DNA from: the human T2T-CHM13v2.0 reference genome, Homo sapiens | DNA: 64,000 nucleotides | NCBI RefSeq assembly: GCF_009914755.1 | Contig: NC_060934.1 | Reading direction: 5' to 3' (one strand) | Shown: positions 40,008-60,436 of the stretch, in pieces | Position numbering within the stretch: the first letter of the stretch is position 1 | Layout of the letters: each line of letters starts with the position of its first letter | The notes under the pieces: generated by a model | Databases searched by the model: none | The model's input: the letters and a program-made list of their open reading frames with translations, nothing else | Told to the model about the DNA's origin: nothing | Program-made: the position numbers and the translations under genes

Positions 40008-41024
40008 ATGGGGAAAAAACAGAACAGAAAAACTGGAAACTCTAAAACGCAGAGCGCCTCTCCTCCTCCAAAGGAACGCAGTTCCTCACCAGCAACAGAA
40101 CAAAGCTGGATGGAGAATGATTTTGACGAGCTGAGAGAAGAAGGCTTCAGACGATCAAATTACTCTGAGCTACGGGAGGACATTCAAACCAAAGGCAAAG
40201 AAGTTGAAAACTTTGAAAAAAATTTAGAAGAATGTATAACTAGAATAACCAATACAGAGAAGTGCTTAAAGGAGCTGATGGAGCTGAAAACCAAGGCTCG
40301 AGAACTACGTGAAGAATGCAGAAGCCTCAGGAGCCGATGCGATCAACTGGAAGAAAGGGTATCAGCAATGGAAGATGAAATGAATGAAATGAAGCGAGAA
40401 GGGAAGTTTAGAGAAAAAAGAATAAAAAGAAATGAGCAAAGCCTCCAAGAAATATGGGACTATGTGAAAAGACCAAATCTACGTCTGATTGGTGTACCTG
40501 AAAGTGATGTGGAGAATGGAACCAAGTTGGAAAACACTCTGCAGGATATTATCCAGGAGAACTTCCCCAATCTAGCAAGGCAGGCCAACGTTCAGATTCA
40601 GGAAATACAGAGAATGCCACAAAGATACTCCTCGAGAAGAGCAACTCCAAGACACATAATTGTCAGATTCACCAAAGTTGAAATGAAGGAAAAAATGTTA
40701 AGGGCAGCCAGAGAGAAAGGTCAGGTTACCCTCAAAGGAAAGCCCATCAGACTAACAGCAGATCTCTCGGCAGAAACCCTACAAGCCAGAAGAGAGTGGG
40801 GGCCAATATTCAACATTCTTAAAGAAAAGAATTTTCAACCCAGAATTTCATATCCAGCCAAACTAAGCTTCATAAGTGAAGGAGAAATAAAATACTTTAT
40901 AGACAAGCAAATGCTGAGAGATTTTGTCACCACCAGGCCTGCCCTAAAAGAGCTCCTGAAGGAAGCGCTAAACATGGAAAGGAACAACCGGTACCAGCCG
41001 CTGCAAAATCATGCCAAAATGTAA
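40008..41024 (+). CDS. L1 ORF1p, 338 aa (T203M, R239Q relative to consensus)
   Basis: Full open frame with REKG, ARR and YPAKLS motifs present. Confidence 0.96.
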   Translation: MGKKQNRKTGNSKTQSASPPPKERSSSPATEQSWMENDFDELREEGFRRSNYSELREDIQTKGKEVENFEKNLEECITRITNTEKCLKELMELKTKARELREECRSLRSRCDQLEERVSAMEDEMNEMKREGKFREKRIKRNEQSLQEIWDYVKRPNLRLIGVPESDVENGTKLENTLQDIIQENFPNLARQANVQIQEIQRMPQRYSSRRATPRHIIVRFTKVEMKEKMLRAAREKGQVTLKGKPIRLTADLSAETLQARREWGPIFNILKEKNFQPRISYPAKLSFISEGEIKYFIDKQMLRDFVTTRPALKELLKEALNMERNNRYQPLQNHAKM

Positions 41025-41063
41025 AGACCATCGAGACTAGGAAGAAACTGCATCAACTAATGA

Positions 41064-44914
<3,851 letters not shown>

Positions 44915-45137
44915 ACAATGAGATCACATGGACACAGGAAGGGGAATATCACACTCTGGGGACTGTGGTGGGGTCGGGGGAGGGGGGAGGGATAGCATTG
45001 GGAGATATACCTAATGCTAGATGACACATTAGTGGGTGCAGCGCACCAGCATGGCACATGTATACATATGTAACTAACCTGCACAATGTGCACATGTACC
45101 CTAAAACTTAGAGTATAATAAAAAAAAAAAAAAATAG

Positions 45138-45694
45138 TGTAAAGTTTCCTCTTCAAAGTTTTCCTTGTGAAAGAATAAATCATAAATGTTAGAAATGATA
45201 GTTTCTTTTAAAGACTAACTTCCTTCAAGCCTCCTTGCTTTATGCTAATAACTTTGTTAAGCCCTAGGCTATACAGCTGTTAGACATGCTCACAGGCAAG
45301 TTGTACATCCTATGTCCTTGTACCTTAACCAAGATATTTGTGTTGGACGTGCTCATAGGCATGCCCCAGCTCACAGCCTATGCCCCTTTCTTATTTGGGA
45401 ATATTACTTTTCTACCTATTTAAAAAAGCTTAAAATTAGCCAATCGGGTTTTAATTTAGATTGTGAGGTCTGGCTCCAGCCAGCGGAGACAGGACGGACA
45501 CAGCAATAGGGACCTCATGCGTAAGGAATAGATACCCTGATGTCTCTTTATTCTATGTGTGTCCTCACCATTGTTCCATCTGCAAGGGGTACCCTTTCTG
45601 CAGAAAGTAAAAATTGCCTCACTGAGAGAACTTTTTGTCTGAATGCTGATTTTTCCTTGTGGCACAAAAGAAGAAACATTTTGCATTTCTAACA
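45138..45694 (+). mobile_element. LTR10-like ERV1 solo LTR with p53-type half-sites
   Basis: Ends ...gcatttctaaca; paired RRRCWWGYYY-like motifs; subfamily and 5' boundary uncertain. Confidence 0.6.
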
Positions 45695-47442
45695 CTAGGA
45701 ACACTGATTTCCACGTAAAAAATACTCAGTAAATATTTCTGGAACTGAATTTCAGGTAGGATATCTAACCCCACCTATTAATCCTAACCTCTGGCAAAGG
45801 TGGCTTCAATCTTGTGAATGCTTAAGAAGCCTTAATGAGATTTAAGGAACAAATCTCAGGAACAAATAAGTTTATATGTGTTCTAGTTATCTGCCTCAGT
45901 GAACACCGTGACAATTACATAACCCAGCATTCTCGTCCCATCAGCCTGAACTACTTAAGGTGGCGGATTTCATTGATAACCTCCCAGAGGATGCAGGGCC
46001 AGGGTCATCCTGACTGACACTCCTGTCTGCTCAGTGCCCCTCCTCCTCCCTCTCCTGCTCTGCTGTAGCCCAGGAGGGCAGCCTCTTCAGCCCAGGGTAC
46101 TGCCTTCTCTGCCCGCAGCCTTCCAGGTGGGCTTGGCCACTGTGAGGTGCTGCTGAGAGCAGAAAGGGAAGCCAGAGTCCAGGTGCCTTTTCTTCCCTTC
46201 TCTGGGGGACACAGCAACAGCTTCCATCCCTCCAGTCATCATGGCTGCCTCCCTCAGGCCCTCCATGGCTGCTGCTTCTTCCAGGGACCCCGGGATCTGC
46301 CTCCAGCACTGCCTCCTCTGCTTCTCTAGCCTAGGAGGGTAGCGACTTCCTGTGTTTAAAAGCCTCTGGGTTGCTTCATTGTTCCCTACTGGCTTCCAGA
46401 TACTCCCACCATCTGATGACACATCCTGTTTAAATAAGCAGCATGGATTTTTATATCCTGGTTCATGACTGATGCTGCTACCTCAAGATGTCCCTGGTCA
46501 TCTCTGAACCTCCTCAGGGCTGCCACCCTGCACCTGTCCACAAGCGGCCATGTGTGAACTCCCCCCTGTGGCCACCATGCCGGCCTCCTGTGCTGCTGTG
46601 TTCTCTGTGACTAGAGCATTTGTCACTCAGCTGGGCATAGCTGTACCCTGTTGAGGAAGACCCTGCTGTTAGTCCCAGCCCTGAGGGGAGGGATGACGAA
46701 TGCTTCGCTGCTCTGTTTGAGTGCAACATGGGCCTCTCAATTTCCCACTGCAAAAAAACAGTGTTGGATGCAACCTTTCATAAGGATTTAGAGATAGTTT
46801 GCAGATCACAGAAAATAAGAACAGAGCACAGAAAAACTTAAAAAAAAAAACCCCCACTGTGCCTATGCTTAGAACTCAATTTCATTCATTCCGCAAATAT
46901 TTATTGAGCACTGACCACATACTAGGGAGCTTTTCTAGGTGTGGTGATTAGTGTTGGAGAAATCAGTCAATAAATATGAAAACACACCACAAAATAAGGG
47001 AATAATTCAGGCAATTGCTCTGGTCACAATTGTTCTGAAGAAACTAAAACTGAGGAGTAAGATGGAGAGACACAGTGGGGACTGGGGAGCTACTTTGATT
47101 AGAATGACACAGGGACAAAGACATCACCAAGAAGGTGAGACTGAAGCCAAAAACCAATGATGAGATGGAGGAGGTAACACGAGGCTCTGGAAAACCTCTG
47201 CACAGGTAGATACAAGCCTCTATGTGAATCCCACATTTTCCTAGAGAAGAACTTGACAAGGACATGGCCATCTTGTTGCAGGGGCAGGGAGTGAGTCTCA
47301 GGAGATCTCAATTGAGTCTGCACCTTTGCTTGGGATGCAGGACCTGGGAGAGGTAGCCCAGAGCAGCATGAAGGCCTTGGCTGGGGTGGGGCAGGCCTGG
47401 GAGTGAGGGGCAGTGAGCAGCCCCAGAACACTATGACCCTGC

Positions 47443-48240
47443 TGCTATGGCCTCCCTTTGCCCTGTGCAATGAATGGAATCTTTACATCCCCACCAAAGT
47501 CGTATATGAAGCCTTAACCCCCAAGGTGATGCTATTTGGTGGTGGGTCCTGTGGAGGTGATTAGGTCGTGAGGGTGGAACCCTCATGAATGGGATTAGAG
47601 CCCCTCTTAGTCCATTTATTGTTGCTATAAAGGAGGACTTGAAGCTGGGTAATTTATAGAGAAAAGAAGTTTATTCAGCTCACAGTTCTGCTGGCTGGAA
47701 GTTTCAGGACTGGGCTTCTGGTGAGGGCCTCAGGCTGCTTCCAAGCGTGGAAGAAGGTGAAGGGGAGCTGGTGTGTGCAGAGATCGCGTGATGAGAACGG
47801 AAGCAGGAAGGAGGGGAGGGGCCAGTTTCTGTTTAACAACCAGCTCTTATGGGAACTAATAGACTAAGACCTTACCCCTCCCCAGAGAGGGCATTCATGT
47901 ATTCATGAGGGGCCAACCCCATGACCCCAAACCTCCCATTAGACTCCACCTCCAACAATGGGGATCAAACCTCAACATGGGATTTGGAAGGGACAAACAT
48001 CCACACTACACCAGTGCTTCCGATAAAAGAGCCCCCAGAGAGATCGCATGCTTGTTTCGCCACATGAGGACAGTGAGAGGACAGCTGTCTGTGACCCAGG
48101 ATGCAGACCCCGCCAGACCCTGAATCTGCCCGCACCTTGATCTTGGACTTTTAGCCTCGAGATCTGTGAGATATCTCTTTTTTGTTTGTAAGACACCCAG
48201 TCTACAGTACTTTGTCATAGCAGCCTTAATGAACTAGACT
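47443..48240 (+). mobile_element. MLT1A-like LTR with a nested antisense MST LTR (~47607-48013)
   Basis: MLT1 start tgctatgg and end atgaactagac; nested ttagtccatt...ggacaaacatccacac. Confidence 0.72.
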
Positions 48241-48539
48241 CCTAATCAGAAGGTGTGGTCTTCACCAGAGTTTTCAGAGGGCATTTTGAGAATCCTGAAA
48301 GGTGATCTTTTTGGCTCCGTGCTTGTGTGGAGCGGTAAAGGAGGAGTGAGGTGTGTTTCCCTAGCGAGTCCAGAAGCATATCTCTTTGTTGCTTGACAAT
48401 GGACTTTCACTTACTCGGGGAGGATTATATGGGTGTGTCTTAGTCTGTTTTCTGTTGCTGTCACAGAATTACCTGAGGCTGAGTGACTCAAAATAGGTTA
48501 TTTGGCTCAGTCTTGGAGGCTTGAAAGTCCAAGTGCATA

Positions 48540-52038
<3,499 letters not shown>

Positions 52039-52994
52039 ATATTCAGATTTAAAGAAAAGTTGAAAGAGTAGACCAATGAATACTTATTGTTAGACTATTA
52101 TCACATTTAATACTTTTCCTTGTTTTCATTGAAACAATAAAAATAAGTGCAGACATCTTGAGTTTCCTCAGCCTGCATCTCCTATGGATAAGGACACTTT
52201 CCTGCATAACCACAACACTATTGTCACACCTTAGAAAGCTAACAATTTCCTAATATTGTCTAATAAACAACCCATGTTCCATGTTCAGATTTCCCCAGTC
52301 TTCCCCAAAATGTCCTTTTAGCTTTTAAAAAAGAATCAACTCAGAATCCAACCAAGGTTCATGAATTGGTTGTGTCTCTTTTGGCCTTTTAAATCTAGAA
52401 TAATCCCTCCTTTTGGGGTGTATATGTTTCATGTCATTGACCTTTTTGAAGGATCTAGGACAGTTGTCTTGTAGAATGCTTCACAATCAGCATTTGCCTG
52501 TTTCCTTGTTTGCTTTCTATTTTGGGGGTTTTTTTCAGTGAACATTTTGAAATATACATACAGAAATGTGCTTAAGTTATAAATGTGTGGGTTTGTGAAA
52601 GTTTACTTTTCAGCCTCTGGGATTTTAAACTTTTGGCTACTTTGCAAACCCTTATCTCTGCACTTCTTTCTCCATTGCCTGTAGAGAACACCTATTGCCA
52701 TGACAATTGCATGGCACTTTCCTACAGATCAGAGTGCTAAGGCTGGGCAGCATCCAATTTAGGCAGTTCCATTGTACTTATCTCAGATCCCCCACTGGGG
52801 TTTCAGTTAAAGAAGTTATTGTTCAGTTCCCCTTCTAAAAATGTTGCATTATATAATTATCCTGGCCTAGGAGATTTGGGTTTTTATACCATGTGAATGA
52901 ATTGGCTATCAGGAAAGTCATTTTAAAGCTTTTGGTGATCTAATTCAATTGTTAAAACTGCTTTAATAACTAGGTTGTAGAAGACACAATATAG

Positions 52995-53435
52995 CAGGTC
53001 CTTGAGTAATGTTTTGCTCAATGTCTTTTTGTTACAATGTTGATGAGGAAAAAAAAAATCAATTCCTGGCTGGGGCCACTGTCAGTGGAGTTCACACTTT
53101 CTCCCCATGCCAGCGTGGGTTTTCTCTGGATGCTGCGGTTTGCTCCCACATTCCAAGGATGTGCACGTGAGGTTAATTGGTCCCATTCTGAGTGACTGTG
53201 GGCATAGATTATGAGTGCACCCTGCCATGGGATGGTGTCCTGTCCAGGTGTGCTTCCTACCTTGTGCCCTGAGCTGTTGGGATAGGTTCTGGCCACCCTT
53301 GGTCCTGAACTGTAATGAGCAGGTTGGAAAAGGAACAAATGAATAAATGCAAATTATTGTAAAATAAAAGTTTGTAAGGTCTACAATAATCCTACAAATG
53401 CATGACAATAAACGATATGGTATGAAAGTGCAAAA
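52995..53435. mobile_element. MER6-like DNA element fragment
   Basis: gtggagttcacactttctccccatg...ctcccacattccaaggatgtgcacgt core. Confidence 0.7.
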
Positions 53436-54534
53436 AAGAAAAAAACATTTCTGATAACCCTGAGTTGCCTTTTCCTCACGAATTGCAGAGTCTTTACTGA
53501 ACTTTGTTTTGTTTGGTTAAATTCCCTATCAGAGTTTAAGCTGTATCCAGCTCCTCATAGTTTTCCTGTAAATAACTTTCTTCCCTTCCAGAAAAATGTT
53601 TTAAAACAAATACTGCCTTTTCTCAGTTGATACTTTTACATGGAAGGGCTCAAACATCCTTTATTTTTCTGGAACGTAACTCACTTGGTGCAGGAAAGAA
53701 GAAATTCATTATCCCCTCATCATCCCACCTGGTGGTTCCTTCTAGAGAAAACCTGCCAGGATTTTCTTCAATGCAGGTAGAAGAGTGACTTGAGAGTTGA
53801 GATTTGCTGAGAGGAGAGCAAATCTTGCTCAGTTCTTTAAGGTCTCAGTTACCCATGTTTCGCCGCATAGGTTAGCAGCTGTTACTGTTTAGTTTGGCTT
53901 TCATGAGATACAAAACAGGGAGCGAGTGAGATGGAGAAACAGTCCACCAATATTCAGAAACATGGAAAACTGGGCAGCAAAGGTGCTCAAAGAAATAAAG
54001 TATTATGATACAGATCAAGAAATATCACAAAGAACTAGCTCATACTCCAGGGAAGATCTGGGATATCGACTTCTGTAGATCTGTGAGATTTCATGCGTCT
54101 CATCACTTTCCAGCTCCCTTGGCTTTATCTAACTTGTTCCCTTCAACTAAACAAACAAAACTACAAACACAGAACATGTGAACCTTGCATTTCCTTTAGG
54201 ACACAATGGGATAAGAAAAATAAACTACAAAAGTTTCATTCTCTGAGAATACTCAGGTGAAAAAGAAAGGAGAATTAAAATAAATGTAAATGAACAGGTT
54301 AATATCTCTACTCTTGTAGCTATAAAGATGGTATCAAGTTACGAGTAAGAAACCCATTGTGCTGGGCCCCTATTAACCTATAGGGCTTATTTAGGGGTTA
54401 CTTACAGGGCGATCCACTGTCAGCAGGCTGGATAGGAGAACTGTAATCGCTTGCAAAAAAGCTTGCAGTTTATATAACACCATCACTTAACTCCCTCCCA
54501 CCAGCGACCTCCATGTAGCAACCCTCATTTCTTA

Positions 54535-54982
54535 GGATAAGTTATTGCTGTCATGTGCGCCTGTCTTACAAGGTATGCCTAAGTTATTGTTGTCAGGTGA
54601 GTCTACCCTGCAGGTTATGCCTAAGTTATTGCTGCCAGGTGAGTCTACCTTACACGGTATGCCTACATTATTGCTGACAGGTGCATCTGCCCTACAGGTT
54701 ATGCCTAGGTTATTGTTGTCAGGTGTGTCTACCTTACAGATTATGCTTACGTTATTGCTGCCAGGTGTGTCTCCCCTACAGAGTATGCCTAAGTTATTGT
54801 TGTCAGGTGAGTCTGCCTTACAGGGCATGCCTACATTATTGCTGACAGGTGCATCTGCCTTGCAGGGTATGCCTAAGTTATTTCTGTCAGGTGTGTCTAC
54901 CTTACGGGTTATGCCTAAGTTATTGCTGAGAGGTGTGTCTACCCTACAGGGTATGCCTAAGTTATTTCTGTCAGGTATGCCT
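54535..54982. repeat. 42-bp minisatellite, ~10.7 copies, probably at the end of an antisense LTR (~54315-54988)
   Basis: Units start at 54577, 54619 ... 54955 with an exact 42-nt period; 14-aa repeats in ORFs on both strands. Confidence 0.93.
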
Positions 54983-55698
54983 ACCACGCAGCACCAAAGA
55001 CAATGGAACCAATCCAGGGAGAGAAATGGATCAGGCCTCTGATTCATGAAAAGCAATGCAAAGAGAAGATGCCAAGACAGCAACTCTGGCAGCAAATTCA
55101 AAAGACAGGAGAGGTTGCTCAAGTATGAGCTGCATGAGGATTCAGGACAGGGTTCTTCACAATCTTCTGCTTTGCAAACGTTCCCCTGACCAACAATTGA
55201 TGACTTTAGGAAACTGACACTGGTGTGTGGGTGTCGTGGTGGTGATGAGAATGACCAATGCTTGGGTTCCTAAATCTGAGAGTCAGAAACAGAACCAGAT
55301 GACCAACCAGGGTTTGAAAGGAATTTGGGCCAGGCAGGTAAAAAGACCACAGGAAACATTAAGAACAGAAAAATAGTCCTAGCTTTCACACCACAGCAAG
55401 CACAATGGAGAAATCTGGAAGTGGCATCCATATCAGAAAAGGCTCCCTGAAACCATACAGTGCAGACACAGGGAGAAAAGGGGACAGAGGAACAACACAA
55501 GCTCCGTGGGGCAGCTGCCCCCGGGTGTCCCTGGTGTATCACAGGCATTTGGATTAGGATGCACAGTACGTGGTGCATGAAGATTGTTGCCCAAAGGAAT
55601 GAATGTCCATCTGGAAGAGGAGGGTTCTTACCCCGGCAGCTCCCCTGGGGAGCTTTCAAGAAATGCAAATGCCTGGGCCTCACCCTGGGAGACGCTGA

Positions 55699-56010
<312 letters not shown>

Positions 56011-56047
56011 GTAGGGTCTTTATTTTTAAACAAAACCAATAAAAAGC

Positions 56048-59000
56048 TGAAGGAAACCAAAGTATTTCAGCCTAATATGGGTCTTTCTTTGACATATTTT
56101 GAGGTGGCTTTTCAGAGGGACTGCCAACAGAAACAGCCCTGGAAAGCTGGCTTTGGCATGGGAGAGTTGCATCTGGATAGAATCTGCCTCGATGCAGCCT
56201 GGCTTCCTCAGAGGCCCTCCCTTAGAGCTAGGGATGATTAACTGAGAGTCTGATACCTTTAAAGACCTGAAACCTTCACGTCTTCTCTCTGAGGGCTGCT
56301 CCCTATGAGGTTTCAGCTACACAACAAGACCACCTTTGCTAGGCAGGCTTCCTCTTCTCTCCCTCTCATAACTTATTTGCCCACCATAGCATGTTTTGTG
56401 CCATGCTCTCCACTCCATTCTTTTGGTAACCTCAAGATACTACATAAACTTCTGAACCCAGTTGAGGGAGGGGTTGGGTTAATCACCCTGATTCTGTCCT
56501 TTGCACACTAATACCTTTGTATGCCTGTTCTCTTATTAATCTGCCTTTTGCCAGTTAATTTTCCAGTAATACTTTTTCAGAGGCAAAGGGGATGGTTTCC
56601 CTCGGTCCCTACAAAACCAACAAACACAAAAATGTGTGCTATTTTGACCTGTTGCCAGGGTTTCAACCTTGCATTAGAGTTTCAGTAAACCTGTTTTTTC
56701 TTTTCTAGGATTCTTAGTCCCTGTACTTGTGCTAACTTCAAGTTCCTTCGGTGGATTTTAGTTCATCTCAGCTGTGCTGAAGGAGAAACAAGGCCACACA
56801 GTCTTGTCACCTCTGCTCTGGGTGTGAGGACAGCATGGAGATCATCAGGTCAACGCAAGTAAGATGAGGACTTGGGCCAGGAAGCAGAGAGAATGCTGGG
56901 CCGCTGTCCTTTTCTTCATGGGATGGTGTTTAGACAACATTCTCTGGTGACAAGGACTCTCTTCTTGCCCAAACCCTAGTCAGGCTCCTCTGGGCTCCTT
57001 TTTCAGTGAGGCCCCATTTTGGGGTGTGTCCCAAGACCCCAGTTTTAGCAAGAATCCTGTTACCTCAATTCAGCCAGAATCCCCCACCCTTGATGTCTAT
57101 CAATCACCCTCAGCTTCAATATCTGGCCAGGTTCTTTGTCCCTCACCATCCCCAAGGAATTTGTGGCCACCCTGAGCTGCCTTCTACAGGAATCCTGTTA
57201 GGTTGGTTGAGTCAGAATGCCCCTTACCCTGGGCACTTTGTCCTAGTGATCCTCCATCTCCTGCCCCCACCCTGCTTCTTGGCTTTCCTTTAGTTGCACA
57301 CTCCTGTTTTCAACAGTCATGCCCAGAATTTTAGCCAAGAAAAATTAGAATTCGGACCAAACTGTAGAAAATAATAAAAATTTAAAAACATTAAGCAAGA
57401 CTAGAACCTAACAACAGGTGTACTATAGTTTTTGAAACATAATTTTTTCTCTCTCCAATTTCCCATTTTTACTAAAGACAAATCATGGTAGGACTGATTT
57501 GCTTTATTATACTTGGCCTGATTATTTGTATACAGTACAGCAAGAATAATTATTTTTTTACATAGGCTTTTAAATTGGCTTTGATGGAACTTTGTTCCAC
57601 AGAAGGAATCTCAGATAATATTTTTTTGAAGTGAAACCCAGCCATGGATTTGTACCATCAAACACCTATGCGTGGGTGAATTTCTCTCCTCTTGAGATCC
57701 CAAGATAAACTTGGGGCTCCTGGACCTGTCAGAAAGTTACATTTTTTACTTACCACAGATCAGGAACCCTGTACAGGCACTGCATAGACAAAGTATGAGG
57801 CCAGTTTTCCCAAGGGGCTTTTATTGTCTCCATAAGTCAAGTTTGATTCCTGAAAGAAAGCACAGCGTGCCAGTCAAAGCCTTGGTAAAATAACCAGTTT
57901 CTCCAATTGTGTCCTGTTTCAAATAAAAACATATTCTTATTGCACTTATGCAAATAACTGTATTGCCATAAGTTAAGAATACTAATAAATAGTTTCCAAA
58001 TTCTGGAGAAATCAGGTAGAGAGAAAGAAATAAGCTCCAAATTTTGTTCACGGGAGTATACTAAATTGTTAAAAGCTGCCAATAGCTCAAAAGAAAAGCT
58101 TCCTTGACTCTGAAAAATACAGAACAAAGGATCAGCAATGTTTTAAGCAAAAAGTCAAAAAGATTACTTCAGTCTTCTATTAGTTCAGTTCATGCAGCTA
58201 ATTCCTGCTCTGCTTGATATTCATGAACATTTCAGCTCTCCATGAGTTTTCAAAGTTTTTCCTCTATTCTGATGTCACAGTCTTCAAAGTTATCAGAAAC
58301 CTGCATTCAAGAGCACCTGTTAGAGTATTATAGTTCTATAAACCACCTTCTAAAGAGGAGCAAAACAAGAAACAATTGTCTGTGGATGACAAAAAGTTTT
58401 AGAGCAGCCATAGTCAAAAACACAATTGACAGGGAAATTTGTTACCTCTGTGGCACACAATAATTTAACATGACAATGATTATTACTGATAATGTATACT
58501 AAGTTATATCAGAGTTATATGAGTTTCCCATAATTTTGGAACACATGCCAATTACATATTTATACAAATACAGCCCAAAGATAACCAAACACCATTTCAT
58601 GTTTGACAATACTTCCTGTATAATTTTTACACCAAGTGAGCCAAATTTCATTTTTAGATTTTAGGGAACCTAATATCTTAAAGGATTAATTAGGTCTGAA
58701 AAAGAAATAATTTATAATTTGATTTGGAAAGTTTGTCAAATATCAATGGTTTAAAACACTTGATATTACAGGTCATTGTAAAATAAGTCATTCATTTAAC
58801 CAAAGTGATAACACAAGGATTCCAAAAAAAGGCAAAAACCTTTTTTCTTTGAGAGAGAAGACTTAATTTTCCAAACTATAAGCCCTAATAAAAACAGTGT
58901 GATACCAATTAAATCTGTTTTTCAAAATTTTATTAACAATTTATGAACTTTTAATCTTGACAATAGGATATAACTTTCTTAAGCCTTTTATAACCTTTAT

Positions 59001-59620
59001 AACCTTTATTAAGGAGTCAGTTAATGCTTCACTAAAACCTTGTTAATCTGTCACAGGGGGCCATATTCTTGTCTTGCATCAGTGTGCCTTTGACATTAAT
59101 GATTAATTTACAGAGAAATTGAACTTATTTTGTCTCTCAAAATTGGCCCTTTCAATCTCACACACCCACCTCTTCCACAATAGTCCTGGGGCCTTGAGGA
59201 GTTGAATAGCTTTTATTTCTGGCCCTATGTCTCAGGAATGCAATTTATTTTGATTGGCATCTTCTACTGCGCCTGAAGATGAGGCTTTAATTGTTGTCAG
59301 TGTTTAAGATGTAGCAGGACTTGGTGTCCTTTATAGATCCAGGAGTCAAAGCCCTGTAACTCAATGTCACAAGGACTTTAAAAGCACATACAGAAAGATA
59401 TACAGATGTAATAACCTTACTTTTTTAAAAATTTGTTCTCATCTCAGTTTTTTTTACATTCTAAGCAAACCAAAACTTAATGATAATGGCATAGGAATTC
59501 TCTCAATAAACTGTAAAATCTCTTAGGCCATTTACCAAAAGGCAAAAGAAAAGACTTTCTGCACTGCACGGAATATTATGCTGGAAGAAAAAATCTCCTT
59601 TAGACTTTGAAGAAAAATTG
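56048..59620. mobile_element. Cluster of ERV1 LTR fragments (~56048-56600, ~56945-57300) and MER4-group internal sequence (~57320-59620)
   Basis: LTR-like blocks plus an AT-rich ERV-internal-like tract; subfamilies not resolved. Confidence 0.55.
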
Positions 59621-59699
59621 TTGAGTAGACTCCAGAGGACATGAAAGCCATTGATGTCCTCAACAGAAATTTCCAATATGCTAAGTTACAATTGTAAGT
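59621..59699 (+). pseudogene. Orphan AKR1C-family exon-8 relic (E*TPEDMKAIDVLNRNFQYAKLQ) with donor
   Basis: Colinear with AKR1C4 exon 8; same phase-2 TT|gtaagt donor; in-frame TAG; acceptor lost. Confidence 0.88.
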
Positions 59700-60016
59700 G
59701 ATGCCTGCAGATTCTTTCACAGGCTGTTTCTGTAGTATGCAGACAAACAGAGGAATAAATCTTCCCTAAATCAGAGGGACAGGCCTAATTTCAGGAATAG
59801 GCATGAAACAGGAGCTTCCCTGTAGCCCTCAGACCAGAGGTTTCCTCCAGGGCTCAATCTCTGACCCAACAGGAATATGAGTTCCTAACTGAAACTGCCA
59901 ATGTTTGCACCATTGTAAATCCACTTCTTTGATGCCCTCACTAATTATTAAAATAACATGCAAATTATAGAAAATTTAGAAAATACAAGGGAAAAGAGAA
60001 TGTCACTGACAGTTTC

Positions 60017-60436
60017 TACAGGGTCAATGAAGGGGGTCGAATGCAGAAGTAAAGACAAAGACGAAAAGACCTATTTTGAAAGAGGGGGTCAGGGGCTCCT
60101 TGCTTCTAGAGAGCAAAGGCAGCCCTGAGTTTCTACAGTCTTTCATATTTGTTAGGTAGAAAGAGCAGGGAGGGAGAGCTAATGGTTGGTCCACTGCTTG
60201 ATTTATCACAGGTCCACATAATTGCTTTCTTTGTACAACAGGCTTCAGATGTTCCTATAGATAATCACAAGGAACACTGTGCATGAGGCCTGACTGCCCT
60301 CAGCACCCCTTCTGGCGGCAGACACAGTTATCAGTTTTCCAACATCCTGCTTTCATAAGAACAGTTTTCTGTTTGCTCATATAGCCTCCAGTGGTATACT
60401 GAGTTGGTCACAACTCTCATTCTTTCAGCCTGTAAC
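60017..60436 (-). mobile_element. LTR3-like (HERV-K3) solo LTR
   Basis: Reverse strand starts tgttacaggctgaaagaatgagag...actcagtataccactggaggctatatgag. Confidence 0.72.

Noticed and set aside
46000-46750. GC-richer unique block with several short ORFs
   Set aside because: CpG-poor, no homology and no splice architecture I could support
54535-54982. CRISPR-like regular repeat
   Set aside because: Units are contiguous with no unique spacers; eukaryotic DNA
54532-55122. 196-aa and 165-aa overlapping ORFs with 14-aa repeats
   Set aside because: A by-product of a 42-bp (multiple of 3) minisatellite; no gene context or homology
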